64,000 nucleotides of DNA from Hypanus sabinus. Its lineage: Eukaryota. The stretch is taken from contig NC_082729.1 in the NCBI RefSeq assembly GCF_030144855.1, positions 35,030,001-35,094,000 of the forward strand. Reading direction: 5' to 3'. Below are positions 39,334 through 50,850 of this stretch, piece by piece. The translations under genes and the position numbers were made by a program. The notes under the pieces were generated by a model. It saw only the letters and a program-made list of their open reading frames with translations. It ran no database searches and was not told where the DNA came from. Position 1 is the stretch's first letter; the number at the start of each line of letters is the position of its first letter.

Positions 39334-39666
39334 ATGACCTCCTAGGAGACAGGCACTCTGAAGTTGGAGGAACAATACCTCCGACTCCGCCTGGCTAGCT
39401 TAAGGTTGTTATAGTCAGGGGTGAAAATAAGGACAAGCTCTCAAAACCTATTAACTGCTCCCAATCGTGTGCTCCTTTTGTAGCCTCTGATAACAAAATC
39501 CAGCTGCTGACCTGCACATGTGACTTAGCTACTACTCCCATCCTCACTGTTTCTACGGACAGGAGAAAGGGAAGCAGCAGTTTACTAGCGCCTTCAAACC
39601 AGTCGCTTCGGGCAGAAGGGTCTCCTCAGCCCTGGTACGTCGAAACATCGTGTCAGTTAAAATAAA

Positions 39667-40382
39667 TGTAAGAGGTTTCTTCTTTTATGTTACTGCTAAG
39701 GCTAATAAAATAGTTTCTTTGTTTTGTTAAAAGTAAAAATGATTCGTTGCTATGTTAACTAATGAGAGAGCGCTTTCTCTCGCAGCTTGTTTGTGTTATA
39801 ATTACTGATAACGAGGATAGTGTTCATTTGTTAACCAATTGAGATAGATGTTATTCTTTCTTGTCGGTCTGTAAGCTATTGTGCGTGCTTTTCAGGAGTC
39901 GGCGTGAGGGGGTTAGAGAGTGTGGAGACGTGATGCTGTAAGCTGGACGATGGAACAGACCCCGAGCGGGGGTCCGAAGCCCAGGGTTTCGGCGAGGAGA
40001 GGAGACGAGGACAGATTCGTGTGGAGCGTCTTGTTGACCACCGTTGTTTGCCCCAGGCGGCGGGTTGAGGAGGTCTGAGGGGATCGAATGGTGGCAAGAA
40101 GACTTCGTTAACTGACCTCCAACGGTTGTGCACGAAGTGGTTGGACTTTGAAAAGTTTGGTGCCTTTTACTTTTCTTTTTATATTCAATCTCTATTAAGT
40201 ACATAGTTGCAGTAAGATCTGTAAAGTGTAATGATTTAATCGCATCCGGTATACTGTCTGTTATTTGGCTTGGTGTGGACATCACACAGCATCTACACAA
40301 GCTGATTTCCCAGTTTGGCGGGGCCAAAGGCTGCTCCCCCTAGACAGAAGCGAGCTCAGCGAGCCTGAGGCTTGCCGGGGGC
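39667..40382 (+). mobile_element. Solo LTR (Gypsy family)
   Basis: Starts TGTAAG. High similarity to 13955-14622. Confidence 0.78.
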
Positions 40383-40479
40383 GAAGTAAGTTTCATAAAA
40401 TGAAAGTGAAAGCACAAGAGCTTTCGTTAGAATGTACAAGACTGAAAGAAGATTTGTTAGAGGCATACAAAGTTAGAAG

Positions 40480-41060
40480 TTCCTCGGTTGTCAAGCCGAG
40501 GAATGGTAGTGGAGACAAGCTCCCACTAGCTAAAAGTGCTCCTCACGGCATGCACCTCAGTCTCTGACAACCAAGTCCAACTCCTGGCCTTCTCGTGTGG
40601 CTTAGTCTCTAAGCCCGGCGGAACAGTTTCTGCTGACAGGAGCAGAAGCGAAGGCGGGCGCCTTAAAACCAGTGCTTCGGGTGGATGGAGCTCGTCAGCC
40701 TGGGAAGGCAACTCATCTAAGAGAGGGAAAACTCTGATTTCAAACCTTGCGACCATACCCACTTATGGGAAAGGCTTCGGGAGTGAACCCTGAGGACAAT
40801 CTGGAGCTGGAGTCCCTAAGGCAGTCCGACGTTGCCTTCAACCTCGTTCCGGCAACTCCTGCGTCGTCACTGGTGCTAAGCTGTATCAGCCCTTACCCTT
40901 ACCCTTTCCCCTTCCCTTCGACAGCATCGGTGGCGTGGAGAGACGAGACGTGTTGTTTGGGCAACTGCCGGTCTTCCATACTACCTTGCCTAGGCCTGCG
41001 CCCTGGAGAGGACTTTCCAGGTGCTGATCCATGGTCTTGCGAGACTAATGGATGCCTTCA
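40480..41060 (+). mobile_element. RTE-type non-LTR element 5' region (best-preserved copy) inserted in a CR1 3' fragment
   Basis: Family consensus motifs. Flanking CR1 sequence (gatttgttagaggcatacaa / tacaaaattatgagggg) is interrupted. Confidence 0.55.
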
Positions 41061-44000
41061 TCATACAAAATTATGAGGGGAAAATATAGGTTAAATGTAA
41101 ATCAGCCTTTTCCACTGGGTTTCACTGGGATTATACCCGGACGGCATGGGTTAAGGGTGCAAGGGTGAGAAGTTTAAGGGGCACATGAAGGGAAACTTCT
41201 TTACTCAGATGCTCCTGAGAGTTTGGGACGAGTTGCCAGGACACATGTTGCATGAAAGCTTGATTTCCACGTTTAACAGAAGATTAGATTCAGATATGCA
41301 GGTCTATGGCCCCCTTGCAGGTCGTAAGGAGTAGGCAGCGTATATGGCTTCAGCATGGACTTGATGGGCCGATGGGCCTGTTTCTGTGCTGTACTCAATG
41401 TCACTGTGACTCTCCTTACGACTCTAGATTAGATGAGAATTAACAAGTACAGGTGCACAGCCTCGCAGAGCTCATGGCACCCCCTAACTGTATGGATTTC
41501 CTTCGGGTTTTCCAGTTTCGTCCCACAGTCCAAAGACGTACCAGTAGGTAGGTTAATTCGTCATTGTAAAGTTACCTGTGATTAAGTGACGGTTAAGTAA
41601 ATAAATTATGCGCTACGAGGCCCGAAGTGCTGGAAGAGCCTGTTCACGCTGTATCTCTAAATGAAATATAATTAAATAACATCATAGATGCTATTTGTAA
41701 AGCTTGTCACTACCTACACTAGCTTTGCCACTTTGTTCATGTAGGGGGTGGAGAATCTGTGGAACCCTCTGCCTCGAACGCCTGTGGAGGCAATGCCATT
41801 GGGTGTATATAATTCAGAAATTTTTTGGTTCTTGATTAGTAATGGAGTCAAAGGTTACACTGAGAAGGCAGGAGAATGGACTGAGATGTATAATATATCA
41901 GCCATGATGGAATGGTGAAACAGACTCTATGGGACAAACGGCCCGATTCTGCTCCTATGTCTTATGGTCTCATGGTCGTCAAATGGAGTATATTCTGCCT
42001 GGAGTTCGGCAACGTGTTCTCCAAAAACATGTTCTGGGATCCCTGCTCTGTGTGAGTTTTTTTTATATAAGTGGCATGGATGAGGACATGGGTGTGTAGC
42101 GTAGTAAGTTTCCGAATGCATGTCATCTGATACACTTCGGAAAGTCGAACTTAACGGCAGGGTTTGATTTCAAGGACCACAAGGTATTCCTGCAGTTCTT
42201 TCAAACACTGATTAGGCCACCATTGAAATACTGCGTTCAGTTCTGGTATCCTCATTAAGAGACTGATGAGAAAGCTTTAGAGTGGGTGCAGAAGAGATTT
42301 GCCGAGATACAGCCTGGGTTAGAGAGCATGTCTGATTCCGTTCATCCAGCTAAAGCTTTTCTCCTTAAGCATGAGAGGCGTAGATGGAGTGGACAACAAA
42401 GGGCTCTATCACAGAGCGACAATGGCGAATGCTGCAGGACTTCCATTCAAAGCAACTACACGAGGATTAAATAGAGATGTCAAAGGTTTTGTGTTTTTTT
42501 ATATACAAAGTGTATACCTGAAATTTACTTTCCGAGGGTGGTGTTGTGACTAACGTATTGGAGAGATTAAATATACTTCCTTACGCACATAGAATAGATG
42601 AAATAATAGTAGAGGATTATGGCTGCGTCGGTATGAGGAGTGAAAGATTGGTCGTGCATTAGTTTTCTAGAGGGTGGTATAACATCGACCGTCAAAGACG
42701 GAGATCGACGACAGTGAGAAAATGAGTCAGTTATTATGTTATCTTCTTCGATTGAAGTGGGTAGAATAACAACTTTCATGGGAAAAATAAACGGAGGTCC
42801 TTATTCGAAAAACTGTTGACAATTCAAAATTTAAAATTATTAAAACTGACATCCTACCAGTATGGGCCATTGTGTATGAGATTCTTTATCGCTTTATTAA
42901 TATGTTATCTGTCTACCTATCTGCAGTATCTATCTATCCTCTGATTTATTTGGCGGTTTATTTATTTGTTCATTCGTTCATTTATTTGCCAGATCAGCGA
43001 GGAGTAAGCCTTCCCGACCCTTCGAGCCGTCCACCCCACCAGACATCAGCGATTTAAGCCTAACCTGATCACGGGACAATTTACACTGCCCTATTAACCT
43101 ACCCGGTACGACCTTGGACTGTGGGGGAAGACCGGATCAACAGGATAAGCCCGACGCCTTCCACGGGGAAATAAACTCCGAATCCGACGCCCGGAGTTGT
43201 AATACTGTCGGCTTACCGCTAGGCTGCAGTGTTTACAATGTCTAAGACTGTCTTAAACTGTCGAACCCCGAATTAAACCCCGAATTCGGGGAATTCGTCA
43301 CGCTACCTCTGTTGTGATCAGAGTACACCATTTTTTAATTAATGAAGATGAACCTGAAGGTCCTGACTGTTATTTTTTGTTTTGTGCATGTTGCTATGTA
43401 CATACGGAATAGTCATTTTATTAGATACACCTGTATGCCTGCCCGTTAATGCAAGTACCTAACCAACCAATCATATGGCAGCAGCTCAGTGGATAAAAGG
43501 ATGCAGACCAGGTCAAGAGGTTCGATTGTTGTTCAGACTAAACATCAGAATGGGGAAGAAATGAGATGAACGTGACGTTGATCGTGGAATATTTGTTGTA
43601 CAAAATCAGGGCTTAGCTAATGTATTCTGCCTACACAGCGTCTATTTTCCTCACATTTATTTGATATCTAAAAGTCTCTTAAAAGTCTGTAAGGTATCCA
43701 CTCTATTTACTAACCGCTCTCTGTGAAAAAGTCTTGCCCCAGGAATGAAAGCCATTGCCGGTTTTCCAAACACGGTGAAGGCAAAAGAAAGGCAAGGGCA
43801 GGATTGAGCGGTAGATCAATTGGGAGCTTCTGGTGGTGCTATTCCACAAGCTTCCTCAAGCTGACTGCTCTGAAGACAAACCAATTGCCGGAATTGAGTC
43901 CTGGGAAGTGGCAGCTGCTCAGCGAGATGACCCGTGTATTGGTACCGTTTGGTCAGCGGACGAAAAAGGAGACATGGCCCCAGCGGAGAGTACGAAACAC

Positions 44001-44675
44001 GTATGGCCCGGATTGTAGTTGAGGAACCAGTTCCTCTACCGGGTTTCGTCGCCTCTGGAGCAGCCTCGGCGTTCCCAGCTGGTTCTGCCTGAGAAGTATC
44101 AGAGGATAGTGTTGAAGTTGCATCATGATGATTCTGGCCATTTGGTGGTTGATAAGACCTGTGGATTACTCAGAGATCGGTTAACTGGCCCTGGCAATGA
44201 TCGAGGAGTACTGCAAGTCGTGCATTCGATGTATAGGGAGGAAAATGCCGCCTATGAGAGCCAGTCGGTTGTCCCACTTGCAAAGTGCGAGGCCACTTGA
44301 CCTAGTATTAATGGATTTCCTGTCAATGGACACAGATATCAGCAACACGGCGAATGCCTTGGTCATTACGGATCATTATATCAGATACGCACAGGTCTTG
44401 CCTACCGATTATCAGAGGGTCTCCAAAGTGGCTAAAGTGATATAGGAGAAGTATGCCATTTATTGTGGCCTTCCGAGGCGGATATATAACGATCAAGGAC
44501 GAGATTTCGAAAGTAGGCACATACATGAGCTACTGAGCATGCTGGAGTCGTGAAGTCGATGACTATCCCTTATCCCCAGATGAGAGGTTTAATCGGTCCT
44601 TGCGAAAGATGCTGGGAACCCTGGAGATCAGCAAAAAGGGCAAGTACAGTCAACATATTGGACTCTGATTCTTAT

Positions 44676-45631
44676 TGTGCGGTGTAGCTCCCTGATGATG
44701 GATGTCGCTTTCTACCTGTGTACTGGAGCTCCCTGATAACGGATGTTCCTTTCTACCTATGTGGAAGAGATCCATAAAGAAGAATGTTCCTTTCTACCTG
44801 TGTGGTGGAGATCCCTAATGATGGATGTTGCATTCTACATGTGTGGTGGTGGAGTGATAGATGCTGCTTTCTACCTGTGTGGTGGAGATCCCTAATGATG
44901 GATGTTACTTTCAACCTGTGTGGTGGAGATCCCTGATGATGGATGTTACTTTCAACCTGTGTGGTGGAGATCCCTGATGATGGATGTTGAATTCTACCTG
45001 TGTGGTGGAGATCCCTGATGATAGATGCTGCTTTCTACCTGTGTGGTGGAGATCCCTGATGATAGATGCTGCTTTCTACTTGTGTGGTGGAGATCCCTGA
45101 TGATAGATGCTGCTTTCTACCTGTGTGGTGGAGATCCCTGATGATGGATGTTGAATTCTACATGTGTGGTGGAGATCCCTGATGATAGATGCTGCTTTCT
45201 ACCTGTGTGGTGGAGATCCCTGATGATAGATGCTGCTTTCTACCTGTGTGGTGGAGATCCCTGATGATAGATGCTGCTTTCTACCTGTGTGCTGGAGCTT
45301 CCTAATGATGAATGCTGCATTCTACCTGTTTGGTGGAGATACCTGATGATGGATGCTGCTTTCTACCTGTGTGGAGGAGATCCCTGAAGAAGGATGTTGC
45401 TTTCTACCTGTGCGGTGGAGATCCCTGATGATAGATGCTGCTTTCTACCTGTGTGGTGGAGATCCCTGATGATAGATGCTGCTTTCTACCTGTGTGGTGG
45501 CGCTTCCTAATGATGGATGCTGCATTCTACCTGTTTGGTGGAGATCCCTGATGATAGATGCTGCTTTCTACCTGTGTGGAAGAGATCCCTGAAGAAGGAT
45601 GTTGCTTTCTACCTGTGTGGTGGAGATCCCT
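44676..45631. repeat. 41-bp minisatellite, ~23 copies
   Basis: Unit TGTGGTGGAGATCCCTGATGATAGATGCTGCTTTCTACCTG. Period of 41 confirmed by starts at 45001 and 45042. Confidence 0.95.
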
Positions 45632-45712
45632 TGCAACACCTGTACGCGAGATGAAGCTACCGTGTACTAGCCATATTGTCTGATGTTTGGGCGCCACACG
45701 AGGTTGCTCATC

Positions 45713-46351
45713 TGTTACGTAACCAGTAACGGGTTAAAAAGGACCAGCAGAAATCGATACACCTGGAGTCTGAGTCTTCCGTTACAACATTATTTTATTA
45801 GTAACTACATAATAAAGTAATATAAACCCAGGAAAGGCAAACAGGTTAGCAGTGTATATGCATATAAAGTGAGTAAATAATGTTTCCAAGCTTGTCCCAG
45901 ATCAGGTGATAAATGATAGAGTCTTGTGATAGTATAGGAGTGAAGTCAGTTCAGTTCCGGATATTGAATTTAGTAGACTGAAGAAAGAGAGAGATGTTGT
46001 GTTTTCCCAGTGCCGACGCCGTCGAATATTCCGCGGCGTCCTCCTGCTCCCGAAACTTATTAAAGTTACTGACTGTGAGCACACAAAAGAGAATGCCGTT
46101 TTTACGTGGTAAAGCTATCAACCCAGGCGAAGCTTGAACAAATCTATAGTTTTACACCAGTCACCCCTTTTGTCCATGCTGTGAGCAAAAACTCCACCTT
46201 TGTCGTGGGCACACAAACCTCAACCAGTGTCAGTGTCTTCCATATCTCTGGTGTGTCTGATTACAAAGCCAGATGGCCTTGTATATATTCCACAACAGCT
46301 GAACACCAGCTGTCCATCATATAGCTCTGCCTTGCTGCTTCCAAGGCAACT
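45713..46351. mobile_element. LTR nested in the Gypsy integrase (runs into gap)
   Basis: Starts TGTTACG and resembles the start of 38573-39333. Integrase sequence resumes after the gap at ~46620. Confidence 0.6.
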
Positions 46352-46603
46352 NNNNNNNNNNNNNNNNNNNNNNNNNNNNNNNNNNNNNNNNNNNNNNNNN
46401 NNNNNNNNNNNNNNNNNNNNNNNNNNNNNNNNNNNNNNNNNNNNNNNNNNNNNNNNNNNNNNNNNNNNNNNNNNNNNNNNNNNNNNNNNNNNNNNNNNNN
46501 NNNNNNNNNNNNNNNNNNNNNNNNNNNNNNNNNNNNNNNNNNNNNNNNNNNNNNNNNNNNNNNNNNNNNNNNNNNNNNNNNNNNNNNNNNNNNNNNNNNN
46601 NNN
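46352..46603. other. Assembly gap (N run)
   Basis: 252 N bases. Confidence 1.
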
Positions 46604-47999
46604 TATTTAATAATCCTCCAGATCTCTGTTTTGTGACTGGCGAGGAAGGCCTACCACCGAAGACTTATCTGAGTATGTGTCTGATATGAGAAAGGAGCTG
46701 AAAAAAGACCTATGATTTAGCGGAGGTCGCGGTTGACAAGCAGAATCAAGGAAATATGAGGAGATATATCAAAAGGTTAGGTTCTCTCATCTCATGCCTG
46801 GAGACCGAATCCTCATAACGAATTTGAGACTAACAGGGAAGCATAAGTTAGCTGACCGCTGGGCGGTAATGCTTTATGTAGTCGAGAGTCAGATGCCCAA
46901 CACTTTAGCTTTCCGCGTGTAACCAGAGGATGGGAATGGGTCTGTCAAGATTATACATCGGAATCACCTTCTATGAGGTGCGTGTTCACCCGGAGTGTGA
47001 GTTGGACCTTACAGCAAGTAAGAGGACTCTGAGGCAACGTGGAGGGGTGCTGAAGGTCCAGCAGCAGTAAGTATTAAACCGGTGCCCTCCTCTGAATGGG
47101 ATACGGACGCGGAGGATGAGGAAATGGGGCTGCTGTCCATCTCCTTCCCCTTGAGGAAGAGATTCCCAACCTTTCTCACGCTGAAGCAGGTGACATAGGG
47201 GTGGTTCGATTAGCAGTGCTCAGGCAGGCTTACAGCTGGGCCATGAAGGGATTGAAGAGGAGCACAGCCAAGTGGCAGAGGGAACCGAGTTGCAGGAAGG
47301 TATGAGTGATATACCAGGGTAGGCCTCGCAATATATAGACCAGAAGTTTCCCAAGGAGAGTCTAAAACTGAAGAAGTTTTTTGATTAGATAAGGGGGTAA
47401 TGAGGACATGACTATTTTGATACAGGAGAGTGTAATTTCGTGGTTCATATTTTTACTGTTATGCTGTATGTATTTCATTTTAGCAGGTCTGTGAAAGCAG
47501 CTTGATTTCATCTTGCTCTGTCTTCAGTTTACGTTTGAGTTATTATTGAAGGTAAGGGATGAGGAGAAATGTATGCCATCCAATTAGAATGGTCGAATTT
47601 AGGGGAGGTTTCTCTGGTGAGGGATACTAAGTTTGTGCTTGGGGCTTTTGTTTGAGACGAGGTGAAGAAGGAAGATGCCAGGAGGAGGAAACTGTGAGCT
47701 CCAATTCGTGCACATTAGTCTGTTTCATTAAAATGGGCCCTTTTCTCCTTTTTTGTTCTTTTCTTTACGAACCTTTTAATCAAATTAAGAGTCATAAAGA
47801 TAATCGTTTAATCATGGGCGATGTACTCACTCTTATTACGTTGTGCTAATTTGTATCAGGGTAACGAATTACACAGCAGCCACACAAACAGCGGTTTAGG
47901 GTTGAAGCGCGCCTAAATATCTCCCGTGTTTCGCTGGGCCGGAGGATTTCTTCCCTAGACTGGCGCAGCCGTGGACACCATGGTGGTACATAGGCTATC

Positions 48000-49720
48000 C
48001 ACAACACCACAAATCTTGATATCACCTGCATACGTACTAACCTACCCATCCGCGTTTTCATCCGGGTCATTTATGAACATCACAAATATTCTTGTAGAGT
48101 TACTGAAGAATCCGCTAATCACAGACCCCCAGCTACAATAGGTCACTTCGACTACTACCGTCTGTCTGCTCTAGGGAAACCAATTCTGAATCCAAACGTC
48201 AAACCCACCATCGATCCCATGTCTCTGAACTTTTCTGGACAAACCTCTCATGAGAAACCTTCTCAAACACCTTAATAAAATCCATTTAGACAACATCCAA
48301 GCTCCACCTTCATCGATCGCTATTGTCAACTCATCGAAAAGCTTACTCAATTTAGTAAGTCTTGTCACATACAAAACCATGCTGGCTGTCCATAATTAGG
48401 CTATTGTTTTGCAAATGTTCATAAATCCCAACCCTAAGAATTCCTTTGAATAACTGCCCAACCACTGACGTGAGACTCACTGGTCTATAGTTTCAGGTAT
48501 ATTCCCTGGTTCTTGTTTTGAATAATGGAACACTTTAGCTACTTGCCAGTCCTCCAATACTTCGCCTGTGATTAGAGAGGACACGAAAATAATGGTCAAG
48601 AACCTTGTAATCTCTTAAAGTACATCCCTCAATAACTTCGGGTGCATCGCGTCAGGGCCTGAGGACTTATCCACCTTGATGGTATTTAAGAGACCCAAGA
48701 CTACGCCCACCTTTGTCAGCAATTCGCTACCGTATCAATACGCAGACCTTACCATATCGATCCATTTCGTCGTTCTCCTTGGTAAATACTAATGAAAAGT
48801 ACAATTTAGGACATCACCCAAATTCACAGCATTCAAGCAAAGGGATCCTCCCCCTTCATCCTTGTGGTCCTAACGTTCTCCTAGTTCTACTCTTGGTCTT
48901 GATGTATACATAGAATACCTTGGGATTCTCAGTAATCGTACTCCCCAAGGCCTTTTCGTGATCCTTCCAGGCTTTCCCAATACCTTTCTTGAGTTCCTTT
49001 CTGTTTCCTAATAAGTCCTCCATGTTTCTGTGTTATTCAAGTTTCCTTAGCTTTACACGCGTTCCCTTTATCTTCTTGACTACATTCATCACCTTTGTCG
49101 ACTAACCAAGGTTCTCTTACCTTGCCATCCTTGTCTTTCCTTCTGACTGGGACATACCTGTCCCGTACTGCCTGCCGCTGATCTTTAACCACCCTCTACA
49201 TGTCAGATGTAGACCTGTCCAAAGCAGCTCATACCAAATAATCCTCCCTGGTTCCTGCCTACTGATCTTCTATTTTATGCCGCTCCAGTGTAAATCTCTC
49301 ACGGAACGTCAGAGTTGTTCATAAAACTTAAGGAGTTCTGTCGCTGTTCCCTAGCTGTTCATACACTGAAAGGTGGATCACTTCACCATACCCATTAGCC
49401 AACTCCTGGACATCCGCTCCTCATGTTGGATAAAGAGGGATGATTTCTTTGCCGCAATGCGCTGGGTGTGGGTGAGGACCTAAATAAGTCTACTTATCGA
49501 TTTTAAAAAATACCTCTGAATGCTCCTGACATATTCAGTCCTATCGATAACTCTTGCATACGAAAGTCCTATTTAAATAAAGGAAAATGAAGATCCCCGA
49601 AGGCAAAAATCCTATTGTTCTACATTTCCTTAATTTGTCTCCGTATATATTCCTCAATGTCTCAAAAACTGGTGATGTCTTGGGATATTGATGTATAACA
49701 GTCTCCAGAGTTTACAGTGT
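48000..49720 (-). mobile_element. CR1 LINE ORF2 fragments
   Basis: Minus-strand remnants of [19 protein letters not shown] and HGI.G....WIQNW. Confidence 0.75.
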
Positions 49721-49790
49721 TCTGTGGGCCAAAACGCCTTTTTAATGAAAGAGGTCAGATTGGATAGAGGTGACAGGAAGGAGGCAATCA

Positions 49791-50810
49791 TTATCCGTCC
49801 CACTGTGAATCTATGGCACGCCCCCCTACACTTTCCGGCAATCTGCCAACTACGGACAGGGACGCCCTACCTTCTGTTTGCTGGGAGGTGTCCCACCTGC
49901 AGGAGAATCTGCTCACTCTATCACGAAGTTTGCACACTCCACAGATAATTATGACGGGATTCAAGACCGCATAGGAGAAAGAGTCATACAGGTAAGTGAA
50001 GTCAAACAATTCCTCCAGCATAACGGAGCAGAGCAAAGTCTGAGAAATAACGCAGAAGAGAAATATTATTCTTGCAAGAAGAATAAAAAGAAATGACAGA
50101 TAAAGGCAAAACACCATAGCTATTATGCGCATGTAGTGGCTCTTTTGATGTTTAACCTTGGGAGTAAGTTTCAAAGAGGAACGACTGTTCCGCCAGAGCG
50201 CTGAGATTAGGCAAACACAGGACGTGGACATCCAGACGGTGGGGACCGCGTTTCCCAAGATTAGATTCATGTACATATCCAGTTCTTCGATTGCATCGCG
50301 ATTTCCTGACTGGGAGAGGTTCATTGAGTCGATATCAAAGGAGCCGTTTTGATATTGGCAGGTTATGGCTACATTGGTAAGGTAACAGTCCAGAGTTCCG
50401 AGGGCGCAGCTGAGCAAAACTGTCGCGGTGACCCAAAGGCTAGCCTTCCTGCTGATGACTTGGGCTAGTTTATTGGCGAAGGGTCGATAGACACTGACCA
50501 CTTTCACACAGTAGAAGAAGCAGAGCAAGGCACTAACCCAGAAGCTCAGGGAATGACAGAGTGTCAGGAAGGACTCGGCGACCTTTTTCTGGAGATCGCA
50601 GAAGATGTGAACGAAATCCACGGCCATCCGGATCACCGCAGCTGCGATGGTGACGATGTTGGCGAGGGCCAGACCACATACAATAATTTCGGCAGGAGGC
50701 GTACCGCTCTGACCCGATCCCGGAAGCATAGTGAGCAGGATGAAGACGTTGGCCATTATTCCGAACACCCCGAAGAATCCGACGGCCAGGGCCTCGATCA
50801 ACCATTCCAT
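49791..50810 (-). CDS. Bitter taste receptor (T2R/TAS2R)-like 7TM receptor, single coding exon, 339 aa
   Basis: Very short N-terminus, TM1 GIMANVFI, TM3 SLSFWVSALLCFFYCVKVV (T2R S.W...L..FYC.KI signature), ECL2 N-glycan sites NGS and NLS, TM5-ICL3 LISALWRN...SH, TM7 IIICG..KLR. Uninterrupted ORF surrounded by TE debris. Confidence 0.8.
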   Translation of the reverse strand: MEWLIEALAVGFFGVFGIMANVFILLTMLPGSGQSGTPPAEIIVCGLALANIVTIAAAVIRMAVDFVHIFCDLQKKVAESFLTLCHSLSFWVSALLCFFYCVKVVSVYRPFANKLAQVISRKASLWVTATVLLSCALGTLDCYLTNVAITCQYQNGSFDIDSMNLSQSGNRDAIEELDMYMNLILGNAVPTVWMSTSCVCLISALWRNSRSSLKLTPKVKHQKSHYMRIIAMVFCLYLSFLFILLARIIFLFCVISQTLLCSVMLEELFDFTYLYDSFSYAVLNPVIIICGVCKLRDRVSRFSCRWDTSQQTEGRASLSVVGRLPESVGGRAIDSQWDG

Positions 50811-50850
50811 TCTGCTGTCGGAAGGTGCGAAAGAGAATAAAATGTGTTAG
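50811..50850 (-). promoter_or_regulatory. Splice acceptor immediately upstream of the T2R ATG
   Basis: Minus strand reads CTAAC (branch point), then ttttattctctttcgcaccttcc, then gaCAGCAGa-ATG. Confidence 0.55.

Larger units (their letters stand above)
43715..47990 (+). mobile_element. Degenerate Ty3/Gypsy element: integrase region, polypurine tract (PPT) and 3' LTR
   Basis: Zn-binding LHHDDSGHL...YCKSCIRC, then PLDLVLMDFLS, LVITDHY, DQGRDFES and GKHKLADRW. PPT-like ggagag followed by LTR TGTAAT(47431)...GGTACA(47990). Confidence 0.85.

Noticed and set aside
44676-45631. CRISPR-like array or tandem hammerhead ribozymes (each unit has CTGATGA)
   Set aside because: There are no unique spacers and the context is eukaryotic. 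No GAAA follows a stem II on the same strand, so the hammerhead core is incomplete.
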